A stretch of DNA of 62,167 bases from a virus (taxonomy: Duplodnaviria > Caudoviricetes): IMG/VR virus record IMGVR_UViG_3300037485_002384, positions 1 to 62,167 of that record; one strand, 5' to 3'. A model generated the notes under the pieces. That model was not told the DNA's origin, made no database searches, and saw only the letters and a program-made list of their open reading frames with translations. Shown here piece after piece: positions 49,601-58,984 of this stretch (positions within the stretch are counted from its first letter, which is position 1; each line of letters opens with the position of its first letter). The position numbers and the translations under genes were made by a program.

Positions 49601-50479
49601 TTTGGTAGCTTACCTTCAAACGTGGACTCATCAACTGTTATAAGTCAAAACTTGATAATAGATATTGAAGAATCTGATGTTATTTCTGATTCGTTAAAAT
49701 ATTCAACTGAAGCTTATTCGTGGTACAAATTGCAATTAAATAACTTGACATCAGGATCATCATCAGATATGGCATTTGCTTATTTAAAGGCAATATATTT
49801 TGAAGAGTATGCTGATATATTTGGTAGTAAACCTCTTGATCTTACAACATCATATATACCATATTCACCTATTGTAGATAAAAATAAAAAGTATCAAACT
49901 GCATACTTTATAAAGCAAGGTGTTTATGATTTAAAGTATATGATAGAGTCACATGCTCATTTACCGTTTACAAGACAGGGTACTATGACATTAAATGGTG
50001 AAAGACGTATTAAGAGAGGTAATTATGTAAGACTTAAAGGTACGGATGAAATATTTTATGTTGATTCTGTATCTCAAGATTTTTCTATTGACAATGACTC
50101 TATAAATAGAACAACAACTATTCAAGTATCTAGAGGTATGGTTGAGAGGTTTATAAAAGGGGTTGATTTTTATACAGGTGAATCAAGTTCAGTAATTAAT
50201 AAACCATCATTAGATTATAATACAGTAGATATACCAAGTAGCCAGTCAAGTAGACCTAGAGGTGCTAAGGTGAACATATCATATTTTAATATATGTAATT
50301 TATTTATTGATGAAAGTATTTTCAATAATGATAAAGCATCATACTCAGATTTTAGTAAAGCATCTACTTCAAATTGGCATGTTAATAAGCAGGTTTTTAA
50401 TTTCTTTCTAAAGAAACTTCAATTTGCTAAGGATAATAAAGAAATTGCTAATACAGGTATAAATTTATTTGAAAGATAA
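46634..50479 (+). CDS. baseplate hub/tail protein with an M15-type peptidoglycan peptidase domain
   Basis: RTAAQQ, SYHLIGLAVD, WGGRF, DPVHFD; hub-like VSGRDLVK and FYVDSVSQ. Confidence 0.78.
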   Translation: MSNKKEDYYIYSHNTPHIQSMGEFVSESDSLGVGLDIAQLLIYQDENNSSNIDKVVSLYTPEELDEFEDLLIKVRSTKPNQVENNTTSNNNDGVLKSTPVENSATDASNNILPIRSTDLEVLLKSPSEISYLGYKPSPANASFISKLYNDDVKALFTKFLYRVETETDYTVIINNSIRTAAQQRKYIASGDSASEFSYHLIGLAVDLSLVNKNPPFSIVNKKSSNKVWVRTKVIKIADELKLQWGGRFKNVNPDPVHFDAAYYFRVNQKQYLKSKGIELTQSPITITQEPIVIDNSTYFDLPIKVGTSLSIPLDKMDRGVLSTETNQTINTVDYDCFLAKHLVELLSDKGYKKISDYKSESFTGTVQELFPHISVWVWSRALSIVDIQPLKDGSTDYDHKIINITPYLTSVNTNVAENGGNFSINLASITSDINESGWSIKEGTHKSSFTKESDYINQGHTHYEVEGGAIKRSRMFFEKAIQYNDVIFIKFEKLELEDDRGNFDELEMISLNDLPDQIFDMIGLVDDIDNTSDHASADVGITVSGRDLVKLIIEDGVYFYPSEFTASGVFSNTGAANSRLARFGSRGEYLSRFQAANKTIDRSLKFIINNLGTIDICPSSLFAGYSNAKINRNSPVTVDKRSRAFPIGDQLNFEQKNKRDDLKDSIIDKIQRIIKVNEIQRGNPDEVFDTIKQFISDKILNSEIVIENQLIKSWYTSINRDIDNVLPESLMDTFVKPNRVWLGNKSRVLKSTIITSQLETLYKKADKDKLKLSNLNSFKKLKYSKEPVSLKQNKNYLSKTSISSIISEIDSYLKNTPPNIKGLFKISDVNLLKLTYKGVKARGASINLVTLTKILSDLTSTEKEVFDDVNNLVINEMGLTDSSGKPSTPPLLTGIWQIIKLIVDDSVKDRRLTDPSIGNENGSILNAFRKICQDPFCEFYTDTYGSQFYFIARKKPFDFKSVLSVLEGRAVYEKLNYINSNSGVLDSDKFGSLPSNVDSSTVISQNLIIDIEESDVISDSLKYSTEAYSWYKLQLNNLTSGSSSDMAFAYLKAIYFEEYADIFGSKPLDLTTSYIPYSPIVDKNKKYQTAYFIKQGVYDLKYMIESHAHLPFTRQGTMTLNGERRIKRGNYVRLKGTDEIFYVDSVSQDFSIDNDSINRTTTIQVSRGMVERFIKGVDFYTGESSSVINKPSLDYNTVDIPSSQSSRPRGAKVNISYFNICNLFIDESIFNNDKASYSDFSKASTSNWHVNKQVFNFFLKKLQFAKDNKEIANTGINLFER

Positions 50480-51411
50480 TGACAAAGTATACATCAACAA
50501 GACCGGTTCCAGGTATAAAAGATAATGCAGGTATTGGGTATATAGTTATACCTAGTGGTGTAGATAAAAGAAAGTTTATAGAAAAATGTTTCAGGACAAA
50601 TACTATATCACTTTTGTTAGAAAATGGTGGTGTTATTGATAATGTATTGATCACCAAATCATCTTTAAGTGAAATAGAATTTCCTAATAAGTTTAATGAA
50701 AAAGGTAGTATGTTAGTTTGGATAAACCAACCAAGAAAGCAGATGCCTATAATCATAGGTTGTTTATCAAAGACTAACGAATTTGTTAATTTTAATAAAA
50801 ATAAAGGATCTTTAAGTAAGTCAACTAAGGATTTTATAAGTGAAGTTTTAGTTGATGCTCAAAATGGATCGGTGATAATAACATCAAACTCATCTGTTGA
50901 AGGCGGTGGTGATATTTATATAGTATCAACAAATAAAAAAAAGACATCTAAACTTAAAATAAAAGTATCTGGAAATGTTGATATAGAAACTCCTGATTTT
51001 ACCGTTACCGGATCTAATAAAATATCTTTAATTATAAAAGACAAGTCAATAGATGATAGTATAACTGAGATAACGTATGAAAAGGGGGTTGGTTTTAATT
51101 ATTCTGATGAGTTTGGTAATGAGATGTCAGTAAATTCAGATGGTGTGAATATATCACCCTCATCAAAATTCACAATAGGTGAGGGTAATGAGTCAATTGT
51201 ATTAGGAGATACATTTAAGGGTATATTTGAAGAGCTCACTGATATGGTTAGTAATTTAGCTGCAGCATGTGCTAAAATACAAGTTGGGACATCTATGGGT
51301 GATTCTACTGTACCTAAGAATGCAGTGGAGCTAAATCAAATATCCGATGATATAACAAATTTAAAATCCAGGTATGAAGATTTTCAATCACAAATAAATT
51401 TTACTGAATAA
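50479..51411 (+). CDS. baseplate spike/assembly protein
   Basis: Follows hub; beta-rich; C-terminal ESIVLGD. Confidence 0.55.
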   Translation: MTKYTSTRPVPGIKDNAGIGYIVIPSGVDKRKFIEKCFRTNTISLLLENGGVIDNVLITKSSLSEIEFPNKFNEKGSMLVWINQPRKQMPIIIGCLSKTNEFVNFNKNKGSLSKSTKDFISEVLVDAQNGSVIITSNSSVEGGGDIYIVSTNKKKTSKLKIKVSGNVDIETPDFTVTGSNKISLIIKDKSIDDSITEITYEKGVGFNYSDEFGNEMSVNSDGVNISPSSKFTIGEGNESIVLGDTFKGIFEELTDMVSNLAAACAKIQVGTSMGDSTVPKNAVELNQISDDITNLKSRYEDFQSQINFTE

Positions 51412-51413
51412 AT

Positions 51414-52739
51414 ATGGCTTTAATAAAAACAATATTAAGTCAAAAAGCTCAAGTATTTGCTGATCAAGGATCACCTTTATTTGAAGGCTTTCCAGGTAGT
51501 ATAAAAGATAATGCTGATAAATGGGCAGGTGCTATAGATTCATATGCAAATTCTATAGAAAGTTTTGTAACTCCATTATCATTAAGTGGGGTTATTGCTA
51601 AAAAGGTACTGTTGGATATTATGAATAATGTCACAGAACCACCTCAAGAAAATCCAAATCCATTTCCATTTACAATATATTACAGAAGTCCTGAAATTAG
51701 AATGAGAGTTTTTAATTCCTACCTTAGAGATGTTGTAGGTTATAAATCAAATCCTTTATTAGATAAATCCGAAATATTTACAATATTAAATAATATAAGG
51801 GTTACTTATAATAAATTAAAACCAACATTAGCATTAACTGAAGATGATATTAGATATAATCAAAAAAGATTTAATCAAATATTTGAAAAAGATATAAGTA
51901 ACAGTCGTAGATTTAAGTTACTACCGGATGGTGTTACTATAGACTCTAAAGGGTTACCATATTTATATAAATTCATCCCATTAGATAAGGATGGTATTAT
52001 TATAGAATTACAGGTTGATGGTATTATAGGTGATGATACTATAAGATACTATCCTATAGAGGAGTTTAGGATATATGAGGGGGAGAATCCTGGGTGGGAG
52101 CTGGTGTATTCAAAGTTAAAGTATATAACACAACCCAGTACTGCAGGTGGTGTTTATATTGCATATCCCCAGTTAATTGGTAATCATTATCATATTAGAG
52201 ATGTAATTCAACACAAAGAACCAGGTATATTTAAAAAGGATTTTATAGATAAAAAATTATCTCCTGATTATATAAATAATATGATTGATAAAACACAGGC
52301 TCAGTATGATGGTAATATATTTGATAAAACACCTGTAGTTTCAACAGTAAATGACTTTAAAAAGGTTTTTGAATTAAATCATTCAACTTGTGATCAAATA
52401 TGGCTTAAAAATAATATAAAAACATTAACTGACTATTCCTCATTTTTAAAATCAAAAAAAATAACTTTCAACACCAAACCTACAGTGGAGAAAAATGCAT
52501 TAAGTGCATTAGAAACAGGTATAACTGCATATGCTACTGCTCTAGGCCTTGGTATGAATCCATCATTTACAGGAGCACCAAGTTCAAGTCCATTATCATT
52601 CAAATCAGTAATTTCAAAGGGGAAAAGTGGCGGTTCTAATAAGGAGTGCTTAGATTTGATGATTAATTTGATTGATACATACTTTAAAGGTGGAATAGCT
52701 ACAAATAACTCCACAGGTGCATCAATACCATGGCAATAA
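51414..52739 (+). CDS. baseplate-associated protein with a central inserted domain
   Basis: Small-residue N/C termini around a charged insert containing LQVDGIIGDDT. Confidence 0.5.
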   Translation: MALIKTILSQKAQVFADQGSPLFEGFPGSIKDNADKWAGAIDSYANSIESFVTPLSLSGVIAKKVLLDIMNNVTEPPQENPNPFPFTIYYRSPEIRMRVFNSYLRDVVGYKSNPLLDKSEIFTILNNIRVTYNKLKPTLALTEDDIRYNQKRFNQIFEKDISNSRRFKLLPDGVTIDSKGLPYLYKFIPLDKDGIIIELQVDGIIGDDTIRYYPIEEFRIYEGENPGWELVYSKLKYITQPSTAGGVYIAYPQLIGNHYHIRDVIQHKEPGIFKKDFIDKKLSPDYINNMIDKTQAQYDGNIFDKTPVVSTVNDFKKVFELNHSTCDQIWLKNNIKTLTDYSSFLKSKKITFNTKPTVEKNALSALETGITAYATALGLGMNPSFTGAPSSSPLSFKSVISKGKSGGSNKECLDLMINLIDTYFKGGIATNNSTGASIPWQ

Positions 52740-52767
52740 TAATTATTAAAAAAAATTAAAATAAATG

Positions 52768-52798
52768 TTGTTTATGTTAAATAAATATCTTATTTTTA
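52768..52798 (+). promoter_or_regulatory. promoter TTG...TATTTTTA with operator TATGTTAAATA (52773-52783)
   Basis: Repeated motif. Confidence 0.7.
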
Positions 52799-52802
52799 CA
52801 TC

Positions 52803-53099
52803 ATGAAAGTATTATTATTTATAATCACCTTATTTATAACTGTAAATTTAAAAGCACAGGATTTAAAATACAACCTAGTTGAGGTTAATAATGAGTATGT
52901 TGTAAAGAGTGATTTTCATGCTGTTATAACTACTGATAAAGTGGTTGTTGATAATAATACATACTATATACACAGTGAGAAAGAAGGTGTTTACTTATTA
53001 ATGAAAAACGGTGTTGTTTTTGAAATGACTGTTAATGATAATGAATTAGCAATAGTTGACTTAAACAAAGAGGTTTCTTTGATTTATTATAAAGACTAG
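52803..53099 (+). CDS. exported moron-like protein
   Basis: Signal peptide MKVLLFIITLFITVNLKA-Q; own operator-promoter inside the tail module. Confidence 0.6.
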   Translation: MKVLLFIITLFITVNLKAQDLKYNLVEVNNEYVVKSDFHAVITTDKVVVDNNTYYIHSEKEGVYLLMKNGVVFEMTVNDNELAIVDLNKEVSLIYYKD

Positions 53100-53135
53100 A
53101 GTTTTTTTACTTATCTTTACTGAAAATCTATTTCT

Positions 53136-53843
53136 ATGTCATTAGAGTCAAATGTTAGGAGGTTTCAATTATTAAGTAGGTCTCTAGGAAAGAGGGCTCT
53201 TAATGCTTTATTCCCTGATGATTTTGAGCTATATATATTTGCATTTGAACTGACAAACGGTGATGATGTAACTGAAGATTACTTTATATTCCCTATAAAT
53301 CCAAATAGTATATCAGAGCCAAATATACCTATCCAATCTATAAGAAAAACTGCAGGTGGTGTGACTACTTTAAATACAACTACATTTGCACCAACAACAA
53401 TTAATATACAAGGTAGTTTTGGTAGGAAGTTCAAATTCCTAGCAGGTAGTTTATTAGTGAATTTTTCAGCTATTGGATTTAAACCAAAACTAACCTCTAC
53501 TTTTAGTAAAAGTTTTAAAACAGGTTACGGTTGTTATAGGGAAATGGAAAGGATTCTAGATAAATCAAACAAATTAGACAGTAAGGGTCAACCATATAGT
53601 TTGTATTTCTACAATCTAGCATTAGGTCATAATTATTTAGTTAAGTTCACAGAACTAACACCATCAATGAATCAAGATTCTAATATGATATGGAATTATA
53701 GTTTAACTTTAAAATCATTATGTAGAATAGAAGATATTGTTAAGAAAGATAAGAGATCATTAACCGGAGCTATGTCTGCAAAGAGTTTTTTACAGGGTTC
53801 TGTAAATAGTATAGGCAATTCTATTGGATCTTTAATACCTTAA
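53136..53843 (+). CDS. baseplate/tube-initiator-like protein
   Basis: FPINPNSIS, WNYSLTL; position. Confidence 0.55.
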   Translation: MSLESNVRRFQLLSRSLGKRALNALFPDDFELYIFAFELTNGDDVTEDYFIFPINPNSISEPNIPIQSIRKTAGGVTTLNTTTFAPTTINIQGSFGRKFKFLAGSLLVNFSAIGFKPKLTSTFSKSFKTGYGCYREMERILDKSNKLDSKGQPYSLYFYNLALGHNYLVKFTELTPSMNQDSNMIWNYSLTLKSLCRIEDIVKKDKRSLTGAMSAKSFLQGSVNSIGNSIGSLIP

Positions 53844-53844
53844 A

Positions 53845-54786
53845 ATGGCAGATGACAAATTAAATATAGAAACAATTAATGAATTTGAATTAATAACTCA
53901 ATATCCATTAACATTTTTTTTTATAAATTTTAAATCATTTATAGATAAAGATTATAGCAATATAATAAGCTATTATTCAGGTGATATAAATTCCTTAAAT
54001 AATACATCATTCAATAACCTTAAAAACTTAAAAGAGGATATTGAAAATATTTTTTCTATATTTTCATTAAATAAAAATACTTTCTCTAATTATAAATGGT
54101 GGTTATTAATTGATCAGATAGAAAAAATAGATAGCTCATTACAACTTATTGATAATACTTCAAAATGGCTAAGGAGTACTATATCTAAAGGTAATTTCAA
54201 TCCAAATCCTGAAGTTGATATACCATTTAAACAAGGACAAACACTTGAATCAATTGAGAGGGATGTTTTAGGTAGTGAAGATTGGTTGAACACCTGGTCC
54301 TCATTAGCTATAAAAAATGATTTGAGAGAAGAGGATTATACACCAGAAGCTGGGTTTTTAATAAAAGCTAATTTCGATTATACATTCAATAATTTTAGAA
54401 TATCTTCCATAGTTGACAATCCAATAGGTGATAGGATTCTAGGATTAGATTTAAATAAAAAATTACAATTTGTAGATAATGATCTATTAGCATTAACACC
54501 TAAAGAGACATTTTACCAAAATGCATATATTCTTATAAATCTAAGACAGTATGACAATCCTGAATTCTTTAAGCAAGGTATAGAACCTACATTAATTGTT
54601 GGTAGTAATGTAAATTCACTAACATACCCTGTTTTATTTAGACAAATAACAGCTCTATTTAAAGCTGATGATACAATAAAGGCCTTTACTATAATAAATA
54701 TCAATAGAGTTCAGGATTCAGTGTCTATTGAATTTCAAATAGAATCAAGACTTGGTGATATTGAAAATATTTCATTAACAGCATAG
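53845..54786 (+). CDS. baseplate wedge protein (LysM-like plus gp25-like)
   Basis: KQGQTLESI; DNPEF..GI; precedes baseplate J-like gene. Confidence 0.55.
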   Translation: MADDKLNIETINEFELITQYPLTFFFINFKSFIDKDYSNIISYYSGDINSLNNTSFNNLKNLKEDIENIFSIFSLNKNTFSNYKWWLLIDQIEKIDSSLQLIDNTSKWLRSTISKGNFNPNPEVDIPFKQGQTLESIERDVLGSEDWLNTWSSLAIKNDLREEDYTPEAGFLIKANFDYTFNNFRISSIVDNPIGDRILGLDLNKKLQFVDNDLLALTPKETFYQNAYILINLRQYDNPEFFKQGIEPTLIVGSNVNSLTYPVLFRQITALFKADDTIKAFTIININRVQDSVSIEFQIESRLGDIENISLTA

Positions 54787-54831
54787 AATCTGATTTTTTT
54801 TTATTATTTTTACAAAATAAACAATACTACT

Positions 54832-56040
54832 TTGTCATTAAATATAACTCCCTCAACTAGTGAAGAACGTAAACAATTATTTGTTGAAACACTTCTAAAT
54901 AAAACTAATAAGGTTAGTAAAATAACTGATAATTCAGTATTAAATGGAATTTCTTATGGTATTGGTAAAACATCTGGGAAAGCAGAAAAAGACATTATAT
55001 TAGCTCTTGGTACACTATACCCTGATACAGCTTTTGGTAGTCAATTGGATCAGGTGGCTCAAGATAATGGTGTTTCAGGTAGGTTTGGAGCTAGTCAATC
55101 ATCTACATATGTAAGAGTGGTTGGTGATGTTGGTACACAATATATTGCAGGTTCTAATACATTCACATCTGTAGATGGTATTGTATTTGAAATAGAAGAA
55201 TCAACAACATTAGGTGTTAATCAATTTGATTATATAAAGGTTAGAAGTGTAGATGTTGGTCTTAAATCAAATGTTAAACCTGCTTCAATTACAACAATAA
55301 CACCGTCACCAACAGGTCACAGGTTTTGTGCAAATGAATACAAGGCTACAGGAGGTAGAGATGCTGAAGATGATCTAACCTTTAGACAAAGGATAAAGGA
55401 AGGTGCTAATATACTAGCAAGAGGTACTATTGCAATGATAGAACAGGTATTTATGCAAATAAATACAAATGTACTAAAATGTATTTATCAAGGTATTAAT
55501 GCAAACGGCCAGCTAAAAATAGCTATTGTTACTCAAAATGGTATTGATCTTAATACTAGTGAATTAAATACTTTATTAACCAGAGGTGAAAAATTCTTCG
55601 GATTATCAGAGCTTAGACCTTATAGTAGGCAGTCATATGGTATTGAGTTAGTTAATATAGGATGGCAAACATTTGATTTAAGTTTCAGATGTGAATTGCA
55701 ACCTTCAGCTATTAGTGATGATGTTAGAATTGAAATTCAAACAAAGGTTAGTAAATACTTAGATTTTAGATATTTTAATTCTGGCACTGATAAAGTAGAG
55801 TGGGATAATTTACTTGCTATTGTAAAAAATGCAAAGGGTATGAAATATGTACCTGATGAGTATTTTTACCCAAAGGTTGATATGGCAACTGATTCAAATA
55901 AACTACCTAGATTGAGAGGTTTTTTAATGCTTAACTTACAGGGTGGTGTTATTAACACAGTATCAGGAACATTGAATCCTATATATTACCCACAACAAGC
56001 TGATTTTTCATATCAACAAACAATATTAAGGAATATATAA
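54832..56040 (+). CDS. baseplate J-like protein (TTG start)
   Basis: AFGSQLD, G..SNV....IT, ATGGRDAEDD..FRQRI. Confidence 0.85.
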   Translation: MSLNITPSTSEERKQLFVETLLNKTNKVSKITDNSVLNGISYGIGKTSGKAEKDIILALGTLYPDTAFGSQLDQVAQDNGVSGRFGASQSSTYVRVVGDVGTQYIAGSNTFTSVDGIVFEIEESTTLGVNQFDYIKVRSVDVGLKSNVKPASITTITPSPTGHRFCANEYKATGGRDAEDDLTFRQRIKEGANILARGTIAMIEQVFMQINTNVLKCIYQGINANGQLKIAIVTQNGIDLNTSELNTLLTRGEKFFGLSELRPYSRQSYGIELVNIGWQTFDLSFRCELQPSAISDDVRIEIQTKVSKYLDFRYFNSGTDKVEWDNLLAIVKNAKGMKYVPDEYFYPKVDMATDSNKLPRLRGFLMLNLQGGVINTVSGTLNPIYYPQQADFSYQQTILRNI

Positions 56041-56043
56041 GTA

Positions 56044-56349
56044 ATGCCTGAATTAAAAACCATACCAACAATAACAGAATTGTTTTTATCAGGAACATCA
56101 GTTTCTATAAAAACATCTTACTTTGTTGATGAGTTACCTAATACTTTATCAGCTGTTATGGCTGATAATTCAGGATCTCAAGATATGGTTCCATATGTGC
56201 AGGGTGATTTAATCATACAAATGAAGAATAATCCAAGTGATATTGATTATTCATTAAGCTCAGATGGTGAATTAATATTATTAACAAACACAGGTGATGC
56301 AGGTAACTACAGTATTGATACAGATGGTAATTTAATATATACAACATAA
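56044..56349 (+). CDS. hypothetical tail protein
   Basis: Position; YSIDTDGNLI repeats. Confidence 0.55.
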   Translation: MPELKTIPTITELFLSGTSVSIKTSYFVDELPNTLSAVMADNSGSQDMVPYVQGDLIIQMKNNPSDIDYSLSSDGELILLTNTGDAGNYSIDTDGNLIYTT

Positions 56350-57674
56350 TGACATTAGTAACAAAAAATCTTGGATTAGTAAAGGCTCTTGAGGTTGGTA
56401 TAACCTCACCAACTAACTTAGCTATGTTATGGTATGATAATAACTCTGGGGTTAAAGTTCATAAATATTATAACACACTTACTTCAACATGGGATCCTAT
56501 ATTATCAGGTGCTACATTAATGATAGAAGTAACTTGGTTGCAATTATTTAATTTAAAATACGATGATCAATTATTACCTGGAGTTACTTATAAAATAACA
56601 GATAGATATAATTACCAATCTGGCGGTACAGTTGGTATTAAAAATTTAACATTTAAAGGTGATGATAGAGGTATAGTATATATAAGAGCTTTAACTATTA
56701 ATACCTTAAGTAAAGAAGCTGTGAGAATTATGAGTTGTCCTGTTTTTTATGAAGGAATTGTAGATTCATATTATGACAACATAGGGGTTTGGCATATATC
56801 CAAAAGTGTTTCAGCTACTAATAGAGCTATATGGGGTGGTAAATTTTGGGGGAATACTACCGGTGTAATTGGTACAGCTTTAGATGATGTATCATTAGAT
56901 CTAATTAATTGGACACCTATTAATAAAGAAACAAAAGTAGAGCATTATATAGATAAGCAATTTTCTATAATATATGATTTTGATAATGATTGGTTTGAAA
57001 AACAATGGGATGGTGCTGGTAATGTGGTAGGTATAGAGTTTTATGAGAAGGGTAATTGGGGTGTTGATTATAACCCATGTGATATTACCGACTGGAACTT
57101 TACAGCAGGTAGGATTGGTGATGCTTATTTTTCAGAAAATTATCAACCATTAGGTATATCTAATAATTGTAATGGTTTTATAATGAGCAATAAAGCACTA
57201 GTAAGTGGTTCAAGAATTAGTAATAATTTTACAGCTAATGAAATAGCTAATAATACCAGTATAGTTTATAATAATCATATCACAGGTAGAATAAGTAATA
57301 ACACAAAGGAGATATCAAATTTATTAGATGATATAGAAAGCTGTATAAATAATCAAGTTAGTAATGGAGGAGGTGTCTTTACATATAAAATATCAGGAGT
57401 ATCTAATTTAATAGTCCCTTATGCCGACTTTCAAAAAGAAGTAATATTAAGTTCTATAAATACCACTGAAACAATTACAAATATGACAACTATACCCATC
57501 CCAGGTATATTTCAAATAGAATCAGGATTAATGGTAACTTTTGTACATAACCCATTATTCATACTTTGCGAAGGTGGTGTAGATGCAGTTTTAGATGGTA
57601 CTAGTGGTGATTTTATAGAATTTACTAAAGATTATTTAGGTAAGTTTAAGCAAATAAATGCAGGTAAGTACTAA
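56349..57674 (+). CDS. tail fibre/receptor-binding protein
   Basis: LLPGVTYKITD motif and Asn-rich beta-helix-like repeats. Confidence 0.6.
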   Translation: MTLVTKNLGLVKALEVGITSPTNLAMLWYDNNSGVKVHKYYNTLTSTWDPILSGATLMIEVTWLQLFNLKYDDQLLPGVTYKITDRYNYQSGGTVGIKNLTFKGDDRGIVYIRALTINTLSKEAVRIMSCPVFYEGIVDSYYDNIGVWHISKSVSATNRAIWGGKFWGNTTGVIGTALDDVSLDLINWTPINKETKVEHYIDKQFSIIYDFDNDWFEKQWDGAGNVVGIEFYEKGNWGVDYNPCDITDWNFTAGRIGDAYFSENYQPLGISNNCNGFIMSNKALVSGSRISNNFTANEIANNTSIVYNNHITGRISNNTKEISNLLDDIESCINNQVSNGGGVFTYKISGVSNLIVPYADFQKEVILSSINTTETITNMTTIPIPGIFQIESGLMVTFVHNPLFILCEGGVDAVLDGTSGDFIEFTKDYLGKFKQINAGKY

Positions 57675-57697
57675 AATAAAATATCAATATAAAAACT

Positions 57698-58102
57698 ATG
57701 GCACTTCTCGACCTTGATAAAACAACTATTAAACTACCTTTAGCTTTAAAGATAACTGTATTAGTATTAGCATTTGCTGGTGGTGTATGGAGATTTGAAA
57801 CGAATATGAGTGATTTAAAGACTAGTCAAGAAGATTTAAGAAAAGAGATAGTGTATAAATATACTATTGAGATAATGAAAATTAACAATAGAATTGATTT
57901 GATAGAAGCTAGGAAGTTTGTTCAGAGAAGGAGTTTCAGATCAGATACTATGAGTATTAACAGGAATAAAGTATCAACTAATACAAATACAAATAATGGT
58001 CATGATGAGCCTGAAAAATACCCACAGGTGTGTATGTTACCTGTTAGACTACCAGAGTATCAGAGAAAAAAATTAATTGATTTAAAAACTTTATTATCTT
58101 AA
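57698..58102 (+). CDS. membrane protein of lysis cassette (holin/antiholin-like)
   Basis: One TM plus coiled coil; precedes endolysin candidate. Confidence 0.45.
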   Translation: MALLDLDKTTIKLPLALKITVLVLAFAGGVWRFETNMSDLKTSQEDLRKEIVYKYTIEIMKINNRIDLIEARKFVQRRSFRSDTMSINRNKVSTNTNTNNGHDEPEKYPQVCMLPVRLPEYQRKKLIDLKTLLS

Positions 58103-58104
58103 TT

Positions 58105-58719
58105 ATGAGAACTTATAGTCAAATAAAATCAGCTGTTCAAGCTTTGAATTATAAATGGTTCACATCACCATACTCTTTAAATGTAGTTTGGGAGAGAACA
58201 TCTTTTGAAGCAACAAATAAATTTACAGATCTTTGTCATATATGTTGGACTGAGACTAATGGTAATGAGAAAATACTATCTATACCAGCAACAACCAAAC
58301 CGGGACTTACCGGCTCACTATTTAGCCCAGTAACGGTTGAAGGTGTAATTGGTACAGCGGTTATTGAAAGTCCACAGCAGGTGTTATCAGGATGGCAGTT
58401 TAGAGATACAATTAAAGAATTTTCTCATTACCCTTATTTTAGACAAGTGGGAAAAGTGAACTATTGGAGGGATGGGAATAAGGACACATGGATTGATAAA
58501 ATTAAACGTCAAATAGGTAGAATATTTGGTACTCATTGGCATATAATGAGTCAACCAGGGAAAAGAGGGAGTGGTTTAATAAATAACTGGTCATTAGGAT
58601 GTATGGGTTGGGCAGAACTTGATTTTCAACCAATTTTGCCATTAATAAGAAAATCTGTATCTTTATATGGAGATCTATTTACAGGTACTATAATCGAATC
58701 ACAACATATAAATCCTTAA
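58105..58719 (+). CDS. endolysin candidate with L,D-transpeptidase-like (YkuD) catalytic motif
   Basis: TTKPG and GTHWH-x15-SLGC; flanked by membrane genes. Confidence 0.6.
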   Translation: MRTYSQIKSAVQALNYKWFTSPYSLNVVWERTSFEATNKFTDLCHICWTETNGNEKILSIPATTKPGLTGSLFSPVTVEGVIGTAVIESPQQVLSGWQFRDTIKEFSHYPYFRQVGKVNYWRDGNKDTWIDKIKRQIGRIFGTHWHIMSQPGKRGSGLINNWSLGCMGWAELDFQPILPLIRKSVSLYGDLFTGTIIESQHINP

Positions 58720-58720
58720 T

Positions 58721-58984
58721 ATGAAAAAGAAATATATAACAATAGCAAATATTTGGAACAGATTAATGGCTGAAGGTCCAACTTTCTTTAAGAAATTAAG
58801 GGTAATTATGGTGGCTTGCGGTGCAACAGGGGTAGCTTTAATTGCAGCTCAAGTTGAATATCCAACTCAAATGAGTTTCTTGCCTAACCAGTTAGGTGGT
58901 TATCTTATAGCTATAGGTGCAGCCAGTGCAATAGTTGCATCTCTTACAGTTAATAATCCAAATGAAAACCCAAAAGTAGATTAA
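58721..58984 (+). CDS. holin (2 TM)
   Basis: 87 aa, two TM segments, basic N-terminus. Confidence 0.65.
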   Translation: MKKKYITIANIWNRLMAEGPTFFKKLRVIMVACGATGVALIAAQVEYPTQMSFLPNQLGGYLIAIGAASAIVASLTVNNPNENPKVD

